DNA of 64,000 nt from a virus (taxonomy: Duplodnaviria > Caudoviricetes), in IMG/VR virus record IMGVR_UViG_3300031998_000024, positions 1 through 64,000 of that record; one strand, given 5' to 3'. How positions within the stretch are numbered: position 1 is the stretch's first letter; every line of letters begins with the position of its first letter. The notes below the pieces were generated by a model that ran no database searches, was not told the origin of the DNA, and was given only the letters and a program-made list of their open reading frames with translations. This document shows, in pieces, positions 7,665-17,076 of the stretch. The translations under genes and the position numbers were made by a program.

Positions 7665-10600
7665 ATGGCAAGAATTGAAAACATTGATGAACCTTGGGAA
7701 GGACACGAAGGTATTGAAGTTGAAATATTTGTTAAAGAAGAAATTGTTTCATTGCAAAATGAGGCTATTGGCGATGTAGAACTTGGAGAAATTGACCAAG
7801 AGCGCAGTACTATTCCGTTGAGTTTTTATAAGGTAAGTGATACCGACCATGAAGACCCTACAACCGTTGATATTCCGCTTGCTGGAGAAACTGGAACGGT
7901 TATTGTCCCGAAGGTGACTACACAACTCTACCAAACGCAGCAGGTGGTCAAGTTAGGTGATACTATTCGCGTAAGATGGACTTACGACTGCATCAAGACA
8001 GAAGATGGGGCATCTGAAAGTACCACTGATAAGGCGCAGACATTGATTATTACAGTGAAACTTGGCCAAGCGACCATTTATAGTGAAACAAGATACAATG
8101 TTGCTCCTCAGACCAGCGACATTATTACAATTGGTCCAGATTTGGTTACGGATGCTGGTGTCGTAAATGTTATGGTTGTTGCAACAACATATATTGCAGA
8201 ATTAGACGAAACTAAGACTGCGAGAAGTTCAAAATCAGTTAATGTAACTGCCATGAGGATTACCGCAACCTTTAATCCAGCATCATATTTGAATAGCGGT
8301 GGTTACGGTAGCGGTCAGTCTGTATCAATTCCTTATAGTTACAATGTGCCGCGTGATGGAGCGACATTTAAGATTTGGCTTGATGGCGTGGTTGTGCAGA
8401 CTTATAACATAAGCGGTAGCGGTCGCAGCACCTATTTCTTACCTGTTTCAGAACTTACGGCAGGCAGGCATAATATCCAGATGCTTGCTGAAGGTGTCGG
8501 ATTGGTTAGTAATGCTCTTTCATTTGATTTTCTGAAACAAGGTAGCACAGCAAGTTATCTTGGTATGGCTTTGGATTGCGAAATTGCGGAAGCGCCAACG
8601 CAAGGAAACACGCCGTTGAATTGGTCATACGGTATAGATACTGTCCTATTGTCGGTGAATCAGTTTGAATCTATTGGTCTTGACTTTGGCGTGTGGGTAG
8701 ATGGAGAGTTGACGCATAACGTGGAGATTATTGTTGATGGAATAGTTACGCAAACCATTGAGGCTGATAGGTCATTACAGCATGTTTCGCAGCGTTTCGA
8801 TGTAGCAGACTCGCATACGATGGTTGTTAAGGTTGATAATGTCATATATCGCTCCTTTGATGTGACGGTGGTTGCGGCAGAGAGTGTGACCGAACATGAG
8901 GCTGAGGGATATGTAAACAAACTTACTGCCATAGGACGCAGCAACAGCGAGCCAGAGCCAGAACGCTCAGATTGGGGTGGTATTACTACTTTTAGCGGTG
9001 TAGACTGGAACACTACGGGCTGGATTACTGGTAGCGATGGCGTTCCTGCGCTTGTGCTGAAAAATGGCGCGAAGGCGATAATTGATATTAAGCCGTTCAT
9101 ATTAGACCAATCCGCTGGCGATTACTCCATTAATAGAGACGGTATGACAATTCAGTTTGAACTTATGCTGTCGCAAGTGACTGAGCGTGGAGCAATAATA
9201 GTTGAGTGTCTAAACGATAATAGCGGCCAAGGTTATCCGATGGGCTTGAAACTAACCACAGCAGAAGCGGCATTACTGGTAGGAGGTTATGAGGAAATCA
9301 AGACCGCCGACAAGATGACTAATGATAACGGTAACTATATCAGTTTTACAGAGGCTCAGGTTAGCGTTGGTGATTCAGTTGTTGGATTTTATGAGCGTAT
9401 TACTGAACACGTTTATGTTATGACTACTGACACAACAGCTTTGAGTGGAAAGACTTATTATGAAGCGGTTATTGAAAGTGATGAAGAAGATGCTGCCGAC
9501 CTTTATATTGTGAGGGCTTCTGGTGTATCAGCCAATATTGCAACAGATATATGGATTGATATTTCATATGTAGTCACGCCTATACAGAGTGATGGTTATG
9601 GTTTGACGATGCTCTATATTAATGGTGTTTTGAGTCGTGCAAGTCGTTACAATGCGTCACTTATTCAGAGTATGCCTCAACCTATTGTGTTTGATAGTGA
9701 TAATGCGTACATCAGACTGCGCGGGTTACGATATTACCGCCGTGCTTTGATTGCTGATGATGTACTTGGTAATTGGATTATTGACCGTCCTACTGGTATT
9801 GATATTCAGGACATGCATATTAAGAATGCTGTTGGTGATTCGTCTGGTACACTTGATATTGATGGTAATATTGCTATTGATAAAGAAGCGTTGGTTTCAA
9901 AGGGAAGGGGTGTGCTGACTGTTATCCGCAGCGGTGATAGCGGTGATGGTCTTACCGACCTTTTCAATTGCGTTGACAAAAAACAAAACTTCAAGGCAGA
10001 CCTTGTAAGATGGGAGCCGCCTTTGGATGATAATGGAAACCCAATAGGACAAGGGTTTGAAGCGAGGAATATCCGCATGAGGATTCAGGGAACATCGTCT
10101 GTTAAATATCCGTATAAAAACCTTCGTTTCTATCTTACTACAGCGCAGGACGGCACCCGTTCATTGGTTATTGGTGGTATAGATGTGACAGATACAGCAT
10201 CTGGTTATCCTTTACGCGGTGTTGCCAACTCCATCGAACAAGCTGTGCTTTGTGCTAAGACTGATTTTGTTGATTCGTCTTTGGCGGGCAACACAGGAGG
10301 TGCTCATCTGTTCCATAACACTATGATGGAATTAGGTTTGCTTACACCGCCGCAAGATTATGATAGCCGTGTTCGTCAAGCCATTGATGGTATTCCTTGC
10401 GATATTTTCTCTGGAACTGACGAGGCTGGAACACTTACTTATTGCGGTCAGTTCGTGCTGAACAATGAAAAGTCGAAATCGGGTAAGATTTTTGGTATGG
10501 AAGGTATTAGCGGTTTCACACCAGATTGTGCTATTGCGCTTGAAACTTTGAATAATTCTTCACCTATGACCTTGTTCCACCCTGCTGGTAGTGCAGACAG

Positions 10601-13600
10601 CCAAAATCTGGCTGACCAACTTGCCGCTGAATTCGATAACGGTATGGAGTTCAATTTTCCTGAAGATGCAAAATGGGATAATGTCGATGAGGGGCAATGG
10701 GATGATGAGAAACAGAAGTGGGCTGTTAAGCCTGTGCCTGGCGCAAGAGCCGCAATCAAACGCTGGATGGGTTGGATTTACGATTGTATGATACAAACCG
10801 CAGGTGTGCAGAATGAAACTATGACCATCGCCAATCCTGACTACGGCACTTCGGCAGGATGGAGTGATGAGAGTAAGGCTAAGTGGATTTGTACTAAGTT
10901 TAAGACAGAAGCGGTTCAATATTTCAATGTAAGTCATTTGCTGACTTATTATTTGATTATTGATTATTTGGCAGGTAAAGACCAATTAGTGAAAAATATT
11001 CTTTGGCGTACTTGGGATGGCTTGAAATGGTATAGTACCTTCTATGATGGCGACACATGGGAGGCTATCCGTAATGATGCTTTCATTGTCTATCTTTACA
11101 ACATTACTCGTGACAGTTATGACGCTGAACGCTCTAAGTATGCCTTTGAGGGTCATGCATCATGGTTATGGTGTTTAGTGCTTGCTAACTTTGAAACAGA
11201 ATTGAGGCAATGTGCAGCATCATTGCGCAACCAACTGACCAACCAATATATGCTCAACGAGTTTGTCGGAACAATGATTAGTAACTGGAGTGAGCGTCAG
11301 TACAACAAGAGCGGCAAATTGAAGTACATAGACACTATTAACACGATGAACTATGTCTATACGCTAACTGGTAGCCGTGAGGCACATATAAGGGCATTCC
11401 TTACTAATAGGGCTAAACTACTTGACGCAAGGTATTCAGTTGGTGGTTATAATGGCGATGTTGTTACGCTTACCGTTGTAAGGGCTTCTACCGACACACC
11501 TTCATCATTGGAACTGACCAGTGGCGACCTTTACTATTTCGGCTATAAACTGAATGGAATTTGGTTGCAAGGGCCAACGCAAGTAAAGGATGGAGAAACG
11601 CTAACACTCAACTTCACACAAACCCTTTCCACTAATGACCCGTTAATGATTGGTGGTGCAAGTTGTATTAAGGAAATCGACTTTACTGAAATGGGAAGCC
11701 AGTTGAATGGTAATGTTGGGCTTTCACTTTGCGCAATGTTGGAAAAGATAGTGATGCCCGCAACAAATGGCGCGGCAAACGCACCGCTTATTCTTGGTAA
11801 CATTTCAAAATTGCAATATGTTGATATTACGGGTCAGACCGCTGTCAATACGGGCGTGGCTGGCGTTCTTGACCTATCAAATCAAAGTCGTCTTGGGGTG
11901 CTGAAAGCGCAAGGTACGGGTTTGACCTCCGTGTTGATTCCTGACGGCGCACCTCTAACTACGCTTGAACTTCCATCAACGCTGACCATGTTGAGACTGC
12001 GCTACCTAAACAAACTGACAATGGACGGACTGACGCTTGAAAACGCTAATGCCTTTACTGCGCTCAACTACGCTGATTGTCCTAATTTGGATTGGAAAGA
12101 TATTCTAACGCAATGCCAAAACATTCGCACTATCCGTGTAGAAGGTGTGAGCGGCAGGGTGCGCAGTGAGTACCTCCGCCAGTTTATGACGGGATGGAAC
12201 GGTATTGATGCGCAAGGTAACACACAAACCTATCCAGCCCTTATTGGTACGGTGATATTGATTGACACGCCAAACGACTATCAAGACATCCGTACATTCT
12301 TTGAGAATTGCGGTTTGACGGTTTTGGAGAGCCAATTCACGGAATATTGGTTTGACGACACGGTAAGCGACCCTGCTAACATCACCAATGAGGACAACAA
12401 GACTGGGTATGCTTATGCCGTGACTGGAACAACAGGGCATCCTAACGGCTACTATCCTTCTGGCCACGTTAGCAAGATTCGCGACAAGTGCCAGATTGTT
12501 TCAGGTTTGGTGAATCCATCGACACACAAGATGCGCTGCGAGAAAATCTCAAAGACCAATCTTAACCAAAAGGCTGATGGTACACAGTTTGACCCGTCAG
12601 ATAGCGGAAATGATGGCTATGATGTGTTTCTTTATGTACCAAAGTATTGGTATAAGGGTGTGAATAATTTCAAGGTTGGCAGAAAACACTTGTTTTTGTC
12701 TGCAAACACAGAGTGTCCGAATAGTACGGCATCTTCTGTAAATCGTACAGCCATCGCCACGCTGCTCTTTGCTGCTGACCATGCTGTTGATAATAGTGCT
12801 ATTGCTGTTGGTGATACGCTTAATGAAAACAACTTACTTTCGTTACAAGGTTATTCTGTTTATCGGTTTAACGTGGAGGGAATGAAACAAGTGCGTTTCC
12901 CATCCGTAAAAAGTAATTATTATTCACACGCATTTACTGATGGAGATAATAAGGCGATTGCTGTTACCAACCTTGTAGTGCCGATTGGATACAACGCCGC
13001 TGGAACGACCGTGCTTTCACCAGCCGATTTTGACAATACTATTGGTGATTACGACATTCGTGAAGTGCCAAGCGGAGCAAAATGGCTTTACTTTACAGCC
13101 ATGAGTAGTATTGACCAAAATTTAGAGGTTATTGCCGCTGATACTCTTGAACTGGAGGCTATGGAGCCTGATTGGGTGGAGCATAAGAGTGAACTTATAG
13201 GTATTTATCAAGGTTTTGCCACTGGTGTTACTACTGGCGGTACAGCCACAAGTGGACTTCGCTCTATTAGCGGTAAGACGGTGTCGAGAGGTAATAATTC
13301 TCAAGTCACTAACACAGGTTGGACATATGACACGAATGGTAATCCTACTAATTTGCCATCGTCAAGTCTTAACGGTACGGCGCAAGATTTCTTTAACCTT
13401 GCTCTTTATAGGAATATTCAGACTGGGGTTTTGGAAGGACAGTACACTACGGTGCGTTATGAGACATCGAAGGACATGGCTAATCTGATAATGGCTTGGT
13501 TTGGTACAAGGGATGTGGAGACTATTGTAGGTAGGGGTTCATCGGTTGGTGAAACTACTGGTGTGGGAAATGCTATTGCTTTTGGCGATTCTGCTTTTTA

Positions 13601-14090
13601 TGCCCAAAATCAGCATAACAAGATGTGGGGCTTAGAGTGTTGGACGGCATCAACATACGAATGGAGTGATTGCGCTTGCTTTAATGCTCCAAGTTTCGCT
13701 CGGTTCAAGAAAGACAAGCGGGTTGCTACATCATCGTATGTTGTTGATTACATTTGGAATATTCTTCAACAAGATGGCAACGAGCGTAGGGTTAAGGCTG
13801 CCATAGACCAACAAGCATCTAACATAGCAAGAGTGCGTTTTGGTCGGTATTGCGATATTGTATGTTCAGCATATGCGGGTGATACGGTCTATACCACTTG
13901 CTATGCAGCCTATCAGAGTGCGAATCAAAATACTGGTGGCGTCGTTGGGCGGTCGGACAGCCGCGCGAATGCGAACGCAGGGGTGGCGTCTGTGGATACG
14001 AATGCCGCCTCCTCGCTTTCGCACCCGAATCGCGGTGCGCGGCTTTGCTTCTTCGGAAAAATCGAAAACGAAGAAGAGTTGCTCGAATGA
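7665..14090 (+). CDS. DGR target: large receptor-binding/tail fibre protein (beta domains, LamG-like, CotH-kinase-like, LRR-like, C-terminal CLec fold with VR)
   Basis: 2141 aa; DQLVKN...FYDGD CotH-like motif; LRR-like LxxLxL tract; C-terminal VVGRS...GARLCF encoded by the VR. Confidence 0.85.
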   Translation: MARIENIDEPWEGHEGIEVEIFVKEEIVSLQNEAIGDVELGEIDQERSTIPLSFYKVSDTDHEDPTTVDIPLAGETGTVIVPKVTTQLYQTQQVVKLGDTIRVRWTYDCIKTEDGASESTTDKAQTLIITVKLGQATIYSETRYNVAPQTSDIITIGPDLVTDAGVVNVMVVATTYIAELDETKTARSSKSVNVTAMRITATFNPASYLNSGGYGSGQSVSIPYSYNVPRDGATFKIWLDGVVVQTYNISGSGRSTYFLPVSELTAGRHNIQMLAEGVGLVSNALSFDFLKQGSTASYLGMALDCEIAEAPTQGNTPLNWSYGIDTVLLSVNQFESIGLDFGVWVDGELTHNVEIIVDGIVTQTIEADRSLQHVSQRFDVADSHTMVVKVDNVIYRSFDVTVVAAESVTEHEAEGYVNKLTAIGRSNSEPEPERSDWGGITTFSGVDWNTTGWITGSDGVPALVLKNGAKAIIDIKPFILDQSAGDYSINRDGMTIQFELMLSQVTERGAIIVECLNDNSGQGYPMGLKLTTAEAALLVGGYEEIKTADKMTNDNGNYISFTEAQVSVGDSVVGFYERITEHVYVMTTDTTALSGKTYYEAVIESDEEDAADLYIVRASGVSANIATDIWIDISYVVTPIQSDGYGLTMLYINGVLSRASRYNASLIQSMPQPIVFDSDNAYIRLRGLRYYRRALIADDVLGNWIIDRPTGIDIQDMHIKNAVGDSSGTLDIDGNIAIDKEALVSKGRGVLTVIRSGDSGDGLTDLFNCVDKKQNFKADLVRWEPPLDDNGNPIGQGFEARNIRMRIQGTSSVKYPYKNLRFYLTTAQDGTRSLVIGGIDVTDTASGYPLRGVANSIEQAVLCAKTDFVDSSLAGNTGGAHLFHNTMMELGLLTPPQDYDSRVRQAIDGIPCDIFSGTDEAGTLTYCGQFVLNNEKSKSGKIFGMEGISGFTPDCAIALETLNNSSPMTLFHPAGSADSQNLADQLAAEFDNGMEFNFPEDAKWDNVDEGQWDDEKQKWAVKPVPGARAAIKRWMGWIYDCMIQTAGVQNETMTIANPDYGTSAGWSDESKAKWICTKFKTEAVQYFNVSHLLTYYLIIDYLAGKDQLVKNILWRTWDGLKWYSTFYDGDTWEAIRNDAFIVYLYNITRDSYDAERSKYAFEGHASWLWCLVLANFETELRQCAASLRNQLTNQYMLNEFVGTMISNWSERQYNKSGKLKYIDTINTMNYVYTLTGSREAHIRAFLTNRAKLLDARYSVGGYNGDVVTLTVVRASTDTPSSLELTSGDLYYFGYKLNGIWLQGPTQVKDGETLTLNFTQTLSTNDPLMIGGASCIKEIDFTEMGSQLNGNVGLSLCAMLEKIVMPATNGAANAPLILGNISKLQYVDITGQTAVNTGVAGVLDLSNQSRLGVLKAQGTGLTSVLIPDGAPLTTLELPSTLTMLRLRYLNKLTMDGLTLENANAFTALNYADCPNLDWKDILTQCQNIRTIRVEGVSGRVRSEYLRQFMTGWNGIDAQGNTQTYPALIGTVILIDTPNDYQDIRTFFENCGLTVLESQFTEYWFDDTVSDPANITNEDNKTGYAYAVTGTTGHPNGYYPSGHVSKIRDKCQIVSGLVNPSTHKMRCEKISKTNLNQKADGTQFDPSDSGNDGYDVFLYVPKYWYKGVNNFKVGRKHLFLSANTECPNSTASSVNRTAIATLLFAADHAVDNSAIAVGDTLNENNLLSLQGYSVYRFNVEGMKQVRFPSVKSNYYSHAFTDGDNKAIAVTNLVVPIGYNAAGTTVLSPADFDNTIGDYDIREVPSGAKWLYFTAMSSIDQNLEVIAADTLELEAMEPDWVEHKSELIGIYQGFATGVTTGGTATSGLRSISGKTVSRGNNSQVTNTGWTYDTNGNPTNLPSSSLNGTAQDFFNLALYRNIQTGVLEGQYTTVRYETSKDMANLIMAWFGTRDVETIVGRGSSVGETTGVGNAIAFGDSAFYAQNQHNKMWGLECWTASTYEWSDCACFNAPSFARFKKDKRVATSSYVVDYIWNILQQDGNERRVKAAIDQQASNIARVRFGRYCDIVCSAYAGDTVYTTCYAAYQSANQNTGGVVGRSDSRANANAGVASVDTNAASSLSHPNRGARLCFFGKIENEEELLE
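13930..14049 (+). repeat. DGR variable repeat (VR)
   Basis: Ungapped 120-nt alignment to 14157-14276; 16 of 19 mismatches are at TR adenines. Confidence 0.97.
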
Positions 14091-14156
14091 GCAACGGAGC
14101 GCGTGGCATGGTGCGTGTGTGCGTGCCGTGCTTAGAAATATAAGGCAGATTCCCCT

Positions 14157-14276
14157 ATACTGGTCGCGTCATTGGGCGGTCGAACAACAACGCGAATGCG
14201 AACGCAGGAGTAGCGTATGCGAATACGAATAACGCCTCCTCGATTTCGAACACGAACAACGGTGCGCGGCTTTGCT
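14157..14276 (+). repeat. DGR template repeat (TR)
   Basis: Non-coding copy of the VR with 11 AAC/AAT codons in the VR frame, upstream of the RT. Confidence 0.97.
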
Positions 14277-14456
14277 AAATCGAAAATCGCTGCTACGCCA
14301 ACTCCTACGGGTTGGGTAAGGGTGACGGCGAGGGGGATGAGCCTCTGCAAAAGCGTTATACGGAAAGCAGAAACATAAAAGACGCAGCCTAAAAGGGTCA
14401 AGTAGTGCAAGCGAAAGCGCCAAGGCTGCAAGTACGAAGAACAAAGGAATAAGGAA
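14277..14456 (+). ncRNA. Probable DGR RNA spacer (Sp) downstream of the TR
   Basis: GC-rich, hairpin-prone non-coding stretch between TR and RT start; position typical of the DGR priming spacer. Confidence 0.5.
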
Positions 14457-15409
14457 ATGCCAAAAAGACACGGCAACATGATAGTAAAGATAGTGGAACG
14501 CGACAATATGGAACGCGCTTTCAACGAAGTGCTTCGCAATCTTGAAGAGCCACGCAAAAGCAAGATGCATAGCAAAAGGGAGATTGTGTTGTCATATCTT
14601 AAAAAAGAGATAGAGGCTGGAACATTTCGTTTGAGATGCTATCGAGAAATGAAGGTGCGCGAGGGTGAGAAGGTGCGTAATGTGTCAAGTCCATGTGTTG
14701 TTGACCGTATCGGATGCAATGCTATTATGCGTGTTGTTGAGGAGAAAGTTTATCCAAGCGTGATATACACATCGGCAGCAAGCATACCAGGCAGGGGAAT
14801 GCACCGATTGTTCGCTAAGATGAGGTGTGATATAGAAAAAGACCGCGAAGGTACACTCTACTATTACAAATGCGATATGCGCAAGTTCTATGAAAGCATT
14901 GACCAAGAAATTTGTGGAGTATTGTTTGCCGCAAGGTGAAAGACCCTATTTTGCTTCCTATGCTTCACAACTTCATTACAATGCTTCCGAAGGGTATTTC
15001 CATAGGATTGCGTTCGTCACAATGCTACGGCAATCTTTATTTGAGCCAGATTGACCATCTGCTAAAAGACGGTTTGGGCATAAAACACTATTACCGCTAT
15101 TGCGACGACATCGTTATATTCGCAGCTACTAAAAAGGAATTATGGATGCTTCGCGACATCATGCACAAAGAAGCATCAAAACTCCGACTTGAAATCAAGC
15201 CTAATGAGGTGATAAAGCCATTATCTTCAGGCATAGATTTTCTTGGCTATGTTTATGACGGTAAGAAGGCAAGACTGCGCAAGCGTATTAAGCAAAATGC
15301 CGCACGGAGGCTTCATAAACTAAAAAGCCGCAGACGCAGAATGGAAGTGGTTGGTAGTTTCAAAGGCATGGCGAAATGGGGAAATTGCAAAATTTATACA
15401 AGACATTAA
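14457..15409 (+). pseudogene. DGR reverse transcriptase, split by a -1 frame break at about 14910
   Basis: 14457..14939 has the RT N-half (KCDMRKFYESID); 14912..15409 has GISIGLRSSQ, YYRYCDD, GIDFLGY; adding one base gives SIDQEILWSIVCRKVKDPILL. Confidence 0.85.
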
Positions 15410-15420
15410 CAGGGATAGAA

Positions 15421-15765
15421 ATGGAATCATTTAACGAAATCATTAAAAAGAAACAGAAGCAAGGAATTGGTTTCTTGGGAGCCGATGGAAAACGAATTAT
15501 GAAGGGCACGTTAGAAAACTTGCGTACTTTGGCAAACACAAAGGTAACGATACTTGATTTTGAGCCTGATGTGCCTACAAAGAATGGCCCACGCTATGTA
15601 GTGCAGTTCAAGAAGGCTGATGTCTCAATAGGCAAGTATTTTACAAACGACTCAGAACAGAAATTCTGGCTTGAAGAACTCAGGAAGGATAAAAGCCTGC
15701 CTTTTGAATGCACTATCTCACCGCAGTTTTTCGGTCAAGGAAAAGTAAGATATATGTTCACTTAA
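15421..15765 (+). CDS. RT-associated protein, possibly the C-terminal domain of the RT
   Basis: Its frame is open from 15376 and would join the RT by a -1 shift at 15390-15395 (KWGNCKNLYKTLTGIEM). Confidence 0.6.
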   Translation: MESFNEIIKKKQKQGIGFLGADGKRIMKGTLENLRTLANTKVTILDFEPDVPTKNGPRYVVQFKKADVSIGKYFTNDSEQKFWLEELRKDKSLPFECTISPQFFGQGKVRYMFT

Positions 15766-15777
15766 AACACTATTACT

Positions 15778-16263
15778 ATGGAAAAAGTATTTGGAGCAAC
15801 AGAGCGACATGACCAGCTCATCACATTCAACAATGGTAAGGCTATGTTGATTTTTGGTTATGGAGAAGAAAATGGCAACGGATATGATTACCGTCAACAG
15901 TTTAATAACATACCAACAAAACATGAGTTGAAAGAAATAATAGAGGCGCATGTTAATTCCCTTACAGATGAGCGAATTTTGAGCGGTTATGTATGGCGTA
16001 ACAATCCAGTTTGGTTATCGTCGGAAAACCAGTTTAATTTCAAAGCGGCTTATGATTTGGCTTATCAGACTAACGGCGCAAGCCTACCAGCAAAGTACAA
16101 ACTTGGTGAAGACGCGCAAGGTAATCCTATTTATTATGATTTTATTGACCTTGCTACTTTCCAAGATTTCTATTTTGGATGCGTTGGTTGGATTCAGCGT
16201 TGTATTAACGATGGCTGGGATGAAAAGGATTCTGTAGATTATGACGATTTGTTAGCAAACTGA
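15778..16263 (+). CDS. DUF4376-like phage protein (possible fibre assembly factor)
   Basis: VWLSSENQFNFKAAYDLAYQTNGASLP motif; position after the DGR. Confidence 0.6.
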   Translation: MEKVFGATERHDQLITFNNGKAMLIFGYGEENGNGYDYRQQFNNIPTKHELKEIIEAHVNSLTDERILSGYVWRNNPVWLSSENQFNFKAAYDLAYQTNGASLPAKYKLGEDAQGNPIYYDFIDLATFQDFYFGCVGWIQRCINDGWDEKDSVDYDDLLAN

Positions 16264-16319
16264 TAAATTACAAGGTATTATAGGCAATCGCTGTAAAAGA
16301 ATTAAAGCGATAATGACAT

Positions 16320-16356
16320 CAAACAAGGTGCGACTATTTTTGACACACCTTGTTTG
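16320..16356. terminator. Bidirectional hairpin terminator between convergent genes
   Basis: caaacaaggtg...caccttgtttg inverted repeat. Confidence 0.65.
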
Positions 16357-16373
16357 TTGGGTTAGTTGTTTTA

Positions 16374-16859
16374 TTACCAAGGAGAAATCTTATCACCAAT
16401 CTCACCTTCCCAAATCAGAGAATCATCATCATAATACACTTTTGCTCTTACTTTTTTATTCTTTACTGCACTTGGGTGATTGAACCCCGTTGTCGATGTT
16501 AGTTTCACGGTTTTGACTAATCCGTTATCCCATGGGGCATTAGATGAGTATTGAATGATTTCCGAATTAGAACAAATAATTTCATCACCCCAAATGAAAA
16601 CATATTTTACCGATGTAAGGTCTGTTATAGGTTTTCCAGATTTGTTCTTTATCTTGAACTCAACAAACGGATAAAGATTGTAGGTCAATCCAGTTTGCAG
16701 TTCAAGTATTTCAAAGCAGTCGCTCATCTTAGGCTTGGGTGTTTCTTGTTTCGTTTCTGTTGCCTTACTACTGTTGGTCTTGCTACTATTAGTATTACAC
16801 CTAACCAATACGAAGGTGGTTAGCAAGACCGCAAATGTGGTTTTTAATACATTTTTCAT
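16374..16859 (-). CDS. Putative lipoprotein/exported protein
   Basis: Basic N-terminus, hydrophobic stretch, Cys at position 21, S/T/K linker, beta-rich domain; only full-length credible minus-strand gene. Confidence 0.65.
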   Translation of the reverse strand: MKNVLKTTFAVLLTTFVLVRCNTNSSKTNSSKATETKQETPKPKMSDCFEILELQTGLTYNLYPFVEFKIKNKSGKPITDLTSVKYVFIWGDEIICSNSEIIQYSSNAPWDNGLVKTVKLTSTTGFNHPSAVKNKKVRAKVYYDDDSLIWEGEIGDKISPW

Positions 16860-17076
16860 AGTGTGTAAGATTTAAGTTAGTTTCCGTTATTACAAACTTT
16901 GCTTGAAAAATTTCTTGGCGAGTTTTTCGGTGTAAAACGCTAATATTTTGCTTAGTTTTGTTTGTTGTTGATTGATTTTCTGATTGTTATTGTTGAAGAA
17001 ATATTTTTAGCAGAATTTAGTTATAATATAGGCAGTTATAGTATAGGCAGTAAGAAATTTCAAAATACATAACAAT

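Larger units (their letters stand above)
7665..15765 (+). mobile_element. Diversity-generating retroelement (target-VR, TR, spacer, RT)
   Basis: TR/VR pair with adenine-specific mismatches plus adjacent RT with YYRYCDD. Confidence 0.92.

Noticed and set aside
13819-14575. Several overlapping ORFs across the VR/TR/spacer on both strands
   Set aside because: By-products of GC-rich non-coding DGR elements and the target frame
14908-14914. Canonical -1 slippery heptamer A AAT TTG
   Set aside because: Out of phase with the upstream reading frame (GAA ATT TGT), so standard tandem slippage does not explain the join
14457-15409. Group II intron or retron interpretation of the RT
   Set aside because: The adjacent TR/VR pair with adenine-biased mismatches identifies a DGR
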